Shown here in pieces: positions 38,079 to 46,519 of a stretch of 64,000 nt of DNA. Positions within the stretch are counted from its first letter, which is position 1; each line of letters starts with the position of its first letter. The notes under the pieces are model-generated. The model did not search any database. It had not been told where the DNA came from and saw nothing but the letters and a program-made list of their open reading frames with translations. This DNA is from a virus. Both the position numbers and the translations under genes were made by a program. The stretch covers positions 1 through 64,000 of the IMG/VR virus record IMGVR_UViG_3300038468_000190; one strand, 5' to 3'.

Positions 38079-38582
38079 TTATTCCTGCTGCAGGATGCCG
38101 CCGACGCCGAACATGAATCGCGTCCCCTTGGCGGCGCCTGCGAATTCCTGGAAGATCGCTCGCGTCGCTTCTGGGGCGGCCGCGCGTGTGATCGTGTCGG
38201 TGATGGCGATAGCGAGGGCGTCCTTCTCGCTGCCGAGCCCGAACTTGAACGACAGGTTCTCGGGGAGCAGGGCCCCCGTGCCGAGCTGGAGCAGCGTCTG
38301 CACGCCGTTGAAGCCCTGCGCCACGAAGACGAGCGTCACCACGAACGTGTGGCCGTCGCCGCCGCCCGCGAGGAGGAAATCGCCGAGCGTGAGCTGTCGC
38401 TCCGGCGTCTCGGGAAACGCCGCCGCGATGAGAACGTTCTGGGCTTGGATCTCGTCGAGCGCTGCCTGCACGAGCGTTTCCATCTCGCTTGCCTCGGCGG
38501 CCTCGGCCGTCTTGACGACGAAGGTTGCCGACGGTGGCTCGAACGCTGCGGGGTGCTCGTAGAAGAGGTCCGTGAACGACAT
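38079..38582 (-). CDS. Stand-alone paralog of the collagen-fibre N-terminal domain
   Basis: LAGGGDGHTFVVTL and AGAAKGTRFM match [14 protein letters not shown] and [10 protein letters not shown] in 1..1671. Confidence 0.75.
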   Translation of the reverse strand: MSFTDLFYEHPAAFEPPSATFVVKTAEAAEASEMETLVQAALDEIQAQNVLIAAAFPETPERQLTLGDFLLAGGGDGHTFVVTLVFVAQGFNGVQTLLQLGTGALLPENLSFKFGLGSEKDALAIAITDTITRAAAPEATRAIFQEFAGAAKGTRFMFGVGGILQQE

Positions 38583-38672
38583 GCTCCGGAGCATATCCGA
38601 AGTCAGTGGCGGCTGTCCACGGTCTCCGGTACGCTCTCGGCTGCCCCTCCGGTCGCCTCGGCGCCGGAGCCA

Positions 38673-38715
38673 GAGCTCGGCCGTGTCCCTCCAGGCGGCC
38701 GGGCTCTTGTTTTTT
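38673..38715 (+). terminator. Hairpin + U-tract
   Basis: GAGCTCGGCCG...CGGCCGGGCTC-TTGTTTTTT. Confidence 0.5.
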
Positions 38716-38721
38716 GGGGCC

Positions 38722-40401
38722 CTACGCGAGCCGTCCGGCGCGGACGACGACGTCGATGAGGGGAGGCGGCTCGAAGTCCCGGTCGGGCTCCATCCCGAAC
38801 ACCTGGAGTTCTTCGGCCGGCCCTTCGGCAAACGCCATCTGCTCTGGCGTGTACGATTCGAAGTATTCGCTGTCGGTGTCACCTGGACGAAGCGTGAGAA
38901 ATCCGAGTAGCGCGCGCAGCGTCTCGTCCGAATCGAGCGCGTGAAGCGGCGAGGCAGAAAAATCTTCTCCGACGAAGAGCTCCTCGTCGTCCGGCATCGG
39001 CGTCCTGAATGCATAGCCGAGGATGCTCTTACCGTAGGAATCGGTGCGGTGCGTGTCCCAGACATCGAGTCGATAGCCGGTCTCGCCGAGCTCGACGGCG
39101 CGCAGGATGCCCTCGTCCGGGATAGAATTCACGGCGAAGTGATGCGGCTTGGCGTAGTGCTCGCGACGCTCCTCCGGATCGAACGGTCGTTCTTCTCGAC
39201 GGCTCCGGGCTTCCTCACGCCGGATGAGCTCTCGGGCGGACGGGAGCTCTCGGCCACGGAGCGTCGCCTGGCCACGAGAGTGGCCACGGCGCGGCGGGGG
39301 ATTGGAGAGCATCCGCGCGCGGCGCTCGCGTTCCTCCGCGCTCATGAGTTCGATCTCGACATCTCGGTAGCCCTCGGCACGAGCATGTCCGAGCGCCCAG
39401 TCTAGCCTGGCCTGACCGCTGCCCATGCCGACGGTGACACGCTCACCGTACTCTGGCGCGAACGCCGTCACGACGAACTGCTGCCCCGCTCCGACGCCGA
39501 CATGTTCCTGACCTCGCACTTTGATCACTCGCGCGTTCGCGGCCATGCCGACGTCCGACCTCGCCCCGAACTCTCGCTCGTAGATTTCCTGGGCCCGCCG
39601 GAAGATCCGCTCCTTGGTCGCCGCCGGGAGCTTCGTCTTTTCCTGGTGGGCGCGGGACATCGCGGCCCGAAGGTGCGCCTTGTCGATACGGCCGGAGCGA
39701 TTCTTGTACGGCAAGTGCCGGAGCGTCAGCGGATGGCTCCGGCCGAGTCGATCGCGACGTCCACCCGGCTCGACGTGCAAGAACGCCGAGTCGGGGAGAC
39801 TGTTCACGTAGGCGCGTGACCACTTCGCGTTCTCGGTGAGCCCCGCTTCACGCACGGTGCGCTCGTCCTCGCCGATCCGAAACCGCGTCGGCGCTTCTTC
39901 GGTTTCGGGCTCGACGTCGTAACGCGTGGGCGCCTCGAGCGTCATCGGCTCGATGTCGCGGAGGGTCGGCGCGGCCACCGTCTCGGCGCGCGACCCGGGC
40001 GCTTCGGTCGCCCCGTACTGCTCTTCGGCGAGCACGAGCGCGACCTCGAGATCTTCGTCCTCGTCGCGGACGACCGCCCCGTCGCCGTGGAGCTCCACCC
40101 CGAAGAGATCGCCGTTCGCGGAGATACTCAGCAAGGCGCGCTCGGCGGCGAGCCACTTCTTCACCCTCGTCGCGAAGCGCGTCCGGATGTGTCCCGTTTC
40201 TGCGCGCGAGCCCATGGCGTGGTTCAGGGCGTGCTCGAGACTCTTGTGCTCGCTCGAGCCGCGGCGCGGATCGCGTGGCGTCACGAGGAACTTGTCGTCG
40301 ACCACGCTGATGGTCAAGCGCTCGTCGTGCTTACCGAGCCACTTGAGCATCCGGTTTTGGAAGACCGGCGGGATGTCGTAGAGCTCGATGTCGTCTGCCA
40401 C
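38722..40401 (-). CDS. Multi-module (polyvalent-like) protein
   Basis: Duplicated N-terminal unit (KWL...ISxxxDxF...LExAL); WSRAYVNSLPDSAF...HLPY module; further modules after MAAN, MLSN and FAVN. Confidence 0.8.
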   Translation of the reverse strand: MADDIELYDIPPVFQNRMLKWLGKHDERLTISVVDDKFLVTPRDPRRGSSEHKSLEHALNHAMGSRAETGHIRTRFATRVKKWLAAERALLSISANGDLFGVELHGDGAVVRDEDEDLEVALVLAEEQYGATEAPGSRAETVAAPTLRDIEPMTLEAPTRYDVEPETEEAPTRFRIGEDERTVREAGLTENAKWSRAYVNSLPDSAFLHVEPGGRRDRLGRSHPLTLRHLPYKNRSGRIDKAHLRAAMSRAHQEKTKLPAATKERIFRRAQEIYEREFGARSDVGMAANARVIKVRGQEHVGVGAGQQFVVTAFAPEYGERVTVGMGSGQARLDWALGHARAEGYRDVEIELMSAEERERRARMLSNPPPRRGHSRGQATLRGRELPSARELIRREEARSRREERPFDPEERREHYAKPHHFAVNSIPDEGILRAVELGETGYRLDVWDTHRTDSYGKSILGYAFRTPMPDDEELFVGEDFSASPLHALDSDETLRALLGFLTLRPGDTDSEYFESYTPEQMAFAEGPAEELQVFGMEPDRDFEPPPLIDVVVRAGRLA

Positions 40402-40434
40402 GAGGAGGGAGAGTACTCCCGGTCGGCCGCGTGC

Positions 40435-40716
40435 TCAAGACAGAGGCTTACCGCGGCTCAATTCGCCGTGGATCTTGCGCACGATGGCCTGCGCCTGCTC
40501 GAGATCGCGACGAAGCTCTGGATGGAGCACTTCAGAGTCAGGAACGTGGGCCAATGCGTCCTCTTCGGTGAAGCGCAGGACCGAGACGCATCGAATGCAC
40601 ACGGTGAAATCGCCGGCTACCGGTCCGCGCATGTCGCCAGGACGAGTGCTCGTGGCAGTGTCGAGTTCTGCCCTGCAGACCGGACACTGCATCTCTGCCG
40701 TCGGGTGATGCCTCAT
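40435..40716 (-). CDS. Zn-ribbon protein
   Basis: CPVC...GDFTVCIRC. Confidence 0.65.
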   Translation of the reverse strand: MRHHPTAEMQCPVCRAELDTATSTRPGDMRGPVAGDFTVCIRCVSVLRFTEEDALAHVPDSEVLHPELRRDLEQAQAIVRKIHGELSRGKPLS

Positions 40717-40991
40717 GGGCCCTCTCGAAAGAAGCCGAGGACGGTCGGGCTCACATGGTCACCGCGCTCGACGTGGGCCTCGAGATGCGTTGCCATCACG
40801 GACTGCTCTCTGCAAAGGAATTCACCACGGCGATGAGCGACCACGTCCGTGAGCGAGCAGTCCGAGCAGACGAGGCGCCCGTCTGGAATCTCGAAGATGT
40901 ACACGTCCGATCCCGGACACGGATCGACGGCGCAGCGGCGGCCCGACATGCTCGTGTGCTCGCAGCGGGTGTTCATGCGGACGATGGCCAT
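40713..40991 (-). CDS. Cys/His-rich hypothetical protein
   Basis: TGATG-coupled start. Confidence 0.55.
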   Translation of the reverse strand: MAIVRMNTRCEHTSMSGRRCAVDPCPGSDVYIFEIPDGRLVCSDCSLTDVVAHRRGEFLCREQSVMATHLEAHVERGDHVSPTVLGFFREGP

Positions 40992-41323
40992 CACGTCACC
41001 CACGCGGGCGGTGGCGACGGCCGCTCTTGCCACGGAAAGTAAAACTCGAGTTCCTTGCCGCACAGCGTGCACGCCAGAACCTTCCAGTTCTTGAAGACGG
41101 ACGAATCGGCAGGGCCGCCCAGGCCTCGACCGCGGAACTTCAGCTCTCGGTAGTCCATGCATACCGGCTTGTGCTCGCGACCGACGTGACCGCCGCACCA
41201 GCGACGGCGATCTTTTTTGCCGCGCACGGGGCGCGGCGGCGCGTCCGCCGGAAGCGACTGGCGCAGGAGGCGCCGGCGCACGCTCGAGGCGTGGTAGTTC
41301 GTTTGGTTTTCCTTGAGGCGCAT
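40991..41323 (-). CDS. Basic Zn-binding hypothetical protein
   Basis: KKDRRRWCGGHVGREH...CTLCGK. Confidence 0.6.
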   Translation of the reverse strand: MRLKENQTNYHASSVRRRLLRQSLPADAPPRPVRGKKDRRRWCGGHVGREHKPVCMDYRELKFRGRGLGGPADSSVFKNWKVLACTLCGKELEFYFPWQERPSPPPAWVT

Positions 41324-41331
41324 GCGCGGAA

Positions 41332-41592
41332 TTACTGTAGCAGCGGGTCGAACGACTGCACGAGCCTTGCGACATCCGGCGTACCGCCGCGCCACTCATC
41401 GGACGGATGCCACCAAAGGATCCAGCGGTCGGTGCTTGCCACCTGGAGCTCGCGATTGAGCGATCGGTACATATCGTCCGCTGGGCCCGAGGAGACGCTC
41501 ACGAGGTAGCCGCGGTGACCGAGGGCGCGCTTGACTCGACGCTCGAATTCTTTCTGGCCAGGCCACTTGCCGATCGTCACGAGCAGAAACAC
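41332..41592 (-). CDS. Hypothetical protein
   Basis: GTG directly after the dnaB stop. Confidence 0.45.
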   Translation of the reverse strand: MFLLVTIGKWPGQKEFERRVKRALGHRGYLVSVSSGPADDMYRSLNRELQVASTDRWILWWHPSDEWRGGTPDVARLVQSFDPLLQ

Positions 41593-41593
41593 C

Positions 41594-43033
41594 TCACCCG
41601 TCCTCCGCGAAGTCGTCGCTGAGCTCGTCGTAAGACTGCTCGGCGCGCTCGAAAAATCTCGTGCTCGCGTCGCGGAAGCGAAGAGGCACGGTGCCCGTCG
41701 GGCCGTTACGGTCCTTGGCAACGATGAGCTCGGCGTCGTCGCTCGTGCTCTCTCTGTCGTAGTACGCCACGCGGTAGAGAAACCAGACGATGTCGGCGTC
41801 TTGCTCGATAGCTCCGGATTCCCTGAGGTCGCTGAGCTCGGGGCGGCGATCTTTTTTGCCGCCGCGCTCGGTGTTGCGGTTCAGCTGGGAGACGGCGATG
41901 ACGGTGACCTTGAGATCTTTCGCGAGCGCCTTCAGCCCGGCAGACAGGCTCGCGACTTCGTTCTCGCGGTTGTCTCGTTCCCGGCGGATGCCTTTCATGA
42001 GCTGGAGGTAGTCGACTGCGACGACCTTCAGGCGCTTACACGGCACGGCGGCGCGACCGGCGGCGATGTCGCGCATGAGTTTTTTCACACGCGTGCGGAC
42101 GTCGAGTACGGTGAGCGCCGGGCTGTCGTCGACCCAGATCGGAAAGCGCTGAAACGCCACCGCGGCGCGCTCGAGCCGGTTCCACTCGTCTTCCGAAAGA
42201 GAATTTTTGCGTGTGCTACTGACGTCGATGCTCTCCTCGGCGCACGCGAAGCGGAGCGCGACCTGCGAGCGCGGCATCTCGATCGAAAAGAACGCCGCGC
42301 CTTCGGGGAACTCGTCACCGAGAGGGCGAGCGACGTTGGCGAGGATGTTCATGCACCAGGAAGTTTTCCCCATGCCGGGCCGACCGGCGGCGACGACGAG
42401 ATCCGTGTCGTGCAGGCCGCCCGTCATCTGGTCGAGCTTCAGGTATCCCGTGGGCGTGCCGGTGCCGCGCCCGACTTCGCCGCTCTCGCGGAGCACGCGG
42501 CGCTCGGCGACCTCGTCGGCGAGAATTTTTCCGAGCGGGACGAGCTCGCTCCCGACGCCCTCGGACAGGAGCTCTTCGATGTCGTTTTCGGCGCGCTGGA
42601 TGATGTCGACGGACGGCTCGGCCGCCATGTACGCCTCGGCGGCGTAGCGCTGGCACCGGAGGATGAGCTGGCGCGCCTGCCACTTGTCGCGCACGATCTC
42701 GGCGTACGTCGCGACGTTGGCGACAGCGGGGATCTTGTCGGTCAAGTCTCCGATGTAGGGCGTCCCACCGACGCGCTCGAGTTTTCCGTTTTGGCGGAGC
42801 CGAGACGCGACCGAGATCATGTCGACCGGCTGATTGTCGAGCGAGAGCTCCGTGATCGCTTCGAAGATGAACTTGTTCGAGTCGGAGTAGAACATCGTCC
42901 AGTTGACGATGGCGGCGACGTTGTCGAACTCGCTCGCCTTGATGAGTACCGTCGCGATGACGGCCGCCTCGGCGTCGAGATCGCACGGGGGCACACGCCC
43001 CTGCGACGGGCGAAGTTCTACGACAGTTGACAC
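41594..43033 (-). CDS. dnaB: Replicative DNA helicase
   Basis: PPCDLDAEAAV, GRPGMGKT, FSIEM, VDYLQLM, SQLNR, DLRESGAIEQDAD, KDRNGPTG. Confidence 0.97.
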   Translation of the reverse strand: MSTVVELRPSQGRVPPCDLDAEAAVIATVLIKASEFDNVAAIVNWTMFYSDSNKFIFEAITELSLDNQPVDMISVASRLRQNGKLERVGGTPYIGDLTDKIPAVANVATYAEIVRDKWQARQLILRCQRYAAEAYMAAEPSVDIIQRAENDIEELLSEGVGSELVPLGKILADEVAERRVLRESGEVGRGTGTPTGYLKLDQMTGGLHDTDLVVAAGRPGMGKTSWCMNILANVARPLGDEFPEGAAFFSIEMPRSQVALRFACAEESIDVSSTRKNSLSEDEWNRLERAAVAFQRFPIWVDDSPALTVLDVRTRVKKLMRDIAAGRAAVPCKRLKVVAVDYLQLMKGIRRERDNRENEVASLSAGLKALAKDLKVTVIAVSQLNRNTERGGKKDRRPELSDLRESGAIEQDADIVWFLYRVAYYDRESTSDDAELIVAKDRNGPTGTVPLRFRDASTRFFERAEQSYDELSDDFAEDG

Positions 43034-43923
43034 GTTTCGGCGTCGGAGAGGCCGGGGACATCGAAGGCGCTCTCGAGCGCCTCGCGCGTTTCGTGTGTGG
43101 CCATCAGGATGGTCTTACGCCGGAGAAACCGTTCGCGAAGGAGCGACTCGAGCCGGCTCGTGAGCCAGCCGTCGCGGGCGTAGCGACCCGGATCGACATT
43201 GTCGACGACGAGGATGTGCGACTCGCGGGCGTGACCGAAGACGTCGGCCGGTTGATCGGTGCCCGCGTCGTAGCGTTGCTGCATCTCGGCGCGCACGGTC
43301 GCGGTGTCGGCGTACCAGAGAAGCGCGCGCGGCGCGCGGCGGATGAGCGTCCGGAGGAGCGCGACCAAGAGACGCGTCTTTCCAGATCCCTTCGGACCCG
43401 AGAGGACGAAGAAGCACGGCGCTCCGGCAGCGAGGCGGTCACCAAGCGCGGCGAGCTCACCGAGCGCGGCGAGGTTTTCGACTCGAGGGTACGCGAGCAC
43501 GCTCGAGTCCCAGTAGAACTTCGGAACGTTGGAGTTCTCGAGACGGCGGCGAGTCTTGTACTCGAGCCAGCGCTCGCCGCAGGGCTCCGTCACGACGCGC
43601 CGATCGCGCCAGACGGGCATGTGACCGCGCTTGACGATCCGAAAGTCCTCGGCGCACGCGCCGCCCGTCGGCGGGCATCCCGCGCAGAGGCCGAGCCGGT
43701 GCTCGTAGTCGTGATAGGCCTGGATGTTTTCCCGAAAGAGCTCGTCGTCAGTCAAGTCCGGGGGGGATCCAGATGCCAAACGGGGACAGGCGCCAGCCAG
43801 CCAGCTCGAACTCCCGCCGGCGAGCTGGACTTGCTGTCGAAGGGTGGCTTTCAGGGTCAGGCGGGTCCTGGTGATGTCCTCCGGGAACCCCGACCGACTC
43901 GCGTGCTGGAGCTTTTCGTCCAT
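43018..43923 (-). CDS. DnaC/IstB-like AAA+ helicase loader
   Basis: Walker A GPKGSGKT, Walker B ILVVDN, N-terminal Cys cluster; lies between initiator and dnaB. Confidence 0.8.
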   Translation of the reverse strand: MDEKLQHASRSGFPEDITRTRLTLKATLRQQVQLAGGSSSWLAGACPRLASGSPPDLTDDELFRENIQAYHDYEHRLGLCAGCPPTGGACAEDFRIVKRGHMPVWRDRRVVTEPCGERWLEYKTRRRLENSNVPKFYWDSSVLAYPRVENLAALGELAALGDRLAAGAPCFFVLSGPKGSGKTRLLVALLRTLIRRAPRALLWYADTATVRAEMQQRYDAGTDQPADVFGHARESHILVVDNVDPGRYARDGWLTSRLESLLRERFLRRKTILMATHETREALESAFDVPGLSDAETCQLS

Positions 43924-44668
43924 GCTGTACCGCTTTCTGCTCAGACTCTGGATATTCCAGTGTTAGAGAATGATTCGAGTCTGGTGAACGGTTCTTAGAA
44001 CCGTTCGATCCAGATCCAGATCCAGATCCAAATTCTGATACTGATCCTGATCCAGAAGAACGGTTCTGGGGTAACGGTTTGCTTGAACCGTTGGGGGGTA
44101 ACGGTTGTCGAGAACCGTTCACCGGAACGGTTCCGTAAGTAACCGTTCCTCCGTTACGGTAGACCTGGACCTGTAACTCTGCGTAAGTGAGGAGTTTTCT
44201 GCCGCGCCGGTACTCGCTCAAAACGCGGCCAAACGTGGCGTCCCAGCACTCCATCGTCTTGTCGGCACGTTCGTTGACGCCCGAGAGGAGCGACTCGAGG
44301 TGGTCCCATTTGAGGGCGGAATCCCCCATGTCGCACCACTCCTTGTACCATGAGAACAGAATGTTCGGGTTGTCCGCCTTGTTGTACTTTGGCGCCGCCG
44401 GGAGCCGAATCATCCGGTGCTCGGGGTCGAAGCAGAAGTGCACGCGCCCGTCGTCCTGCCGCGAGAGCTCCTCGAAGGCCCCTTCGACATCGGCGAGAGG
44501 CCGTCGGACCGTCTTGGCCATGATGACCGGATCGACGTTGGGAATGAGCCCCGGGATCCGTCGCCGGAGGTCGCTCACGAGGCACCCGATCCAGACGGTG
44601 AAGCCCGCGTAGCTGAGCTGGTTCACCCAGGGATCGGAAAAGACTTTTGCATCGACGAGATTCGCCAT
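43748..44668 (-). CDS. Phage replication initiator (lambda O-like organisation)
   Basis: N-terminal wHTH-like region (FSDPWVNQLS...PGLI), internal iterons, upstream of loader and dnaB. Confidence 0.7.
   Translation of the reverse strand: MANLVDAKVFSDPWVNQLSYAGFTVWIGCLVSDLRRRIPGLIPNVDPVIMAKTVRRPLADVEGAFEELSRQDDGRVHFCFDPEHRMIRLPAAPKYNKADNPNILFSWYKEWCDMGDSALKWDHLESLLSGVNERADKTMECWDATFGRVLSEYRRGRKLLTYAELQVQVYRNGGTVTYGTVPVNGSRQPLPPNGSSKPLPQNRSSGSGSVSEFGSGSGSGSNGSKNRSPDSNHSLTLEYPESEQKAVQHGRKAPARESVGVPGGHHQDPPDPESHPSTASPARRREFELAGWRLSPFGIWIPPGLD
43987..44147. repeat. Putative replication origin: nine AAC(C/G)GTT iterons plus GATCCA tandem
   Basis: Copies at 43987, 43999, 44059, 44073, 44086, 44100, 44113, 44126, 44141; locally AT-richer. 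Confidence 0.8.
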
Positions 44669-44688
44669 GCCGCTGTTCCCCCACCGAG

Positions 44689-44895
44689 CTAGCTCGCGAG
44701 CTTTTCGGCGCGGAGAAGTTTGCGGTGGTAAGCGCGAAGCGCTCGGCGAATGACGTCGTTGCCCGTGAGGCCGTCGAGGCGCTTCGCCTCTTCGAGGATC
44801 GCTCGATCCTCGGCGTTGAAGTAGACGACCTTGCCTCCACGCCTCTTCGGCGTGCGGCGCTTTCGTTCCCGCATACGAATGCTGCTCTCGGACAT
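44689..44895 (-). CDS. Ribbon-helix-helix (CopG/Arc-like) regulator
   Basis: GKVVYFNAEDRAILEEAKRLDGLTGNDVIRRALRAY. Confidence 0.75.
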   Translation of the reverse strand: MSESSIRMRERKRRTPKRRGGKVVYFNAEDRAILEEAKRLDGLTGNDVIRRALRAYHRKLLRAEKLAS

Positions 44896-44905
44896 GGGAT
44901 CAACG

Positions 44906-44935
44906 TGGATACAACCCGCATATGCGGGGTGTCAA
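44906..44935 (-). promoter_or_regulatory. Promoter of the replication operon with palindromic operator
   Basis: TTGACA (44935-44930)-N18-TATCCA; perfect palindrome CCCGCATATGCGGG at 44915-44928. Confidence 0.6.
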
Positions 44936-44938
44936 GAC

Positions 44939-45631
44939 TCAATCCTCGTCGTCGAGATGGAAGCCACACTCCTTCGGATCGCCGTGGATCCATCCGGTAC
45001 GCGGACTCCAACCCGACAGGGCCCCGGCGGGTACTATGCGCTGACATCGCCGGCACGGTAGCGCCCACTTCGACGGGCTCACGTGGCAGTAATGTTTCGG
45101 GTGACGCCCGTCGTCCGTGTCGAACATGCCAGGCCATTTTCCGTGGCCTGCGAAGTCGTCGGCGGGATCATTGGGGTTCAAACGGCGACCGCGTGAGCGA
45201 CGTTCGCGCTTTAGTTGCCAGGGTGAGCGAAGGTCCGCGTGCGGCATCACGAATTTCTGATCTAGATCTCGCCAGTACTTGTCCTGCTGCACGTCGCCCG
45301 CGAACGCCCATCCCAAGATCACGAAGAGCGGCGCCTCCCTCCCGCCGACGAGCACGACGACTTCGTCGTCCGGCGTGCCGTCCGTGAGCTCGATGCCCGC
45401 GACGGTCGACTCGACGAGCCGCGCGTCGAGCGAGCTCGGCACCTTGCCTACCTTCTTCCATGTGTCCCACCGCTCGAGTTTTTGAAAGGTCCCTTCCCAG
45501 CGCCGCCGGCACGCGAGCGAAATCGCCTTCTCGGCGATGGCCCGCTTCGGCCCCGTGTCACCACGCTTCTTGGCGGCGCGCCGCGCGGCGGCAATCTCGT
45601 CGAGAGTGAGGGTAATCGTGAATCGGGACAT
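44939..45631 (-). CDS. Hypothetical protein with C-terminal Zn finger
   Basis: 230 aa; CRRC...WIH...C. Confidence 0.65.
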   Translation of the reverse strand: MSRFTITLTLDEIAAARRAAKKRGDTGPKRAIAEKAISLACRRRWEGTFQKLERWDTWKKVGKVPSSLDARLVESTVAGIELTDGTPDDEVVVLVGGREAPLFVILGWAFAGDVQQDKYWRDLDQKFVMPHADLRSPWQLKRERRSRGRRLNPNDPADDFAGHGKWPGMFDTDDGRHPKHYCHVSPSKWALPCRRCQRIVPAGALSGWSPRTGWIHGDPKECGFHLDDED

Positions 45632-45727
45632 GCTCTTTGTTGCTTCTGACTCCCCGTCGGGGTACTCGATTGTCTAAGCCCTGAGCCCGCCTTTTGAGTA
45701 GCTCCTTTGGGCCGGCATGGGGCTTAC

Positions 45728-45772
45728 CGGGTCGCGTCGGCTCGCAAGGTAGACGCGGCCCGAACTTTTTTC
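45728..45772 (+). terminator. Hairpin + U-tract upstream of the rightward promoter
   Basis: CGGGTCGCGTC...GACGCGGCCCG followed by AAC and a T run. Confidence 0.55.
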
Positions 45773-45784
45773 TTGCTATTGGGG

Positions 45785-45822
45785 TTGACAGTATAATCGG
45801 CTGCGGCTATCAGTGATATCAC
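45785..45822 (+). promoter_or_regulatory. Rightward sigma70-like promoter with overlapping palindromes
   Basis: TTGACA-N17-TATCAG; TATCAGTGATA and GTGATATCAC dyads. Confidence 0.55.
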
Positions 45823-45958
45823 GGACGTTGCCGGGACGGAAATTGTTCGAGTCCCCCCCCTCGAGTGAAGGAGCCTCCCGGTAGCGTCCGAATTTAGTCC
45901 AGGTCGCGCCGTGCCATGACGCGCCCGGGATCGACGGAAAGGTCGGGCGACGGAACTG

Positions 45959-46519
45959 ATGGCTCGCCACAGCGCAGCGCGTGATCAGGAAATCTGGGAG
46001 ACGGCCCAGGCCGCCATCGAGCGGCTGTGCGCGGCGGGCGAGACCGGGCTCACCCCCCGCGACATCTTCGGGGCCGAGGAGCAACGCGAGTTTTGGGCAA
46101 CGAGTTTTCTGAGGCGCCTGTCCGAGGCAAAGCTAGTTATCTCCCGCGCCGGCATGGCGGGAGGCAGGAGCAACCGGGCAAAGACCTACTTCGCAACCGC
46201 GGCGCTCGCCGTCCTCACCGAAGATCCATCGCGGCTCGAGGAGCTCGTTTGGCCGAGGGGAGCGACGTTGTCGCCGGATTTGTCGGCGCAGGAGTTACTC
46301 GAGTTCGAGGAGGAGCCCGAGGGGGAGCCGCCGGCAGAAGAAAAGCAGGACGACGGTCTGATGCCAACTGAAGGCATCGAGGAGCAGATGAAATGGATTG
46401 TCGAGAAGCGGGCGCTGACCGAGAAAGTGGACGCGCTGCTCAAGCTCGGCCTCGCGACCTTTCAGATGGTCGAAGCCCTGAGGGCCGAGCTCGAAGGACT
46501 CAAGCGCGCATGGGAATGA
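45959..46519 (+). CDS. Winged-helix DNA-binding protein + coiled coil
   Basis: GLTPRDIF...FLRRLSEAKLVISR...RAKTYFAT; first gene of the right arm. Confidence 0.7.
   Translation: MARHSAARDQEIWETAQAAIERLCAAGETGLTPRDIFGAEEQREFWATSFLRRLSEAKLVISRAGMAGGRSNRAKTYFATAALAVLTEDPSRLEELVWPRGATLSPDLSAQELLEFEEEPEGEPPAEEKQDDGLMPTEGIEEQMKWIVEKRALTEKVDALLKLGLATFQMVEALRAELEGLKRAWE

Noticed and set aside
43018-43923. IS21 IstB transposition helper or packaging ATPase
   Set aside because: No IstA or terminal repeats; position between initiator and dnaB indicates a helicase loader.
45807-45818. CTATCAGTGATA identical to the tetO core
   Set aside because: Flanks do not match tetO and no TetR is present; treated as a native dyad or coincidence.
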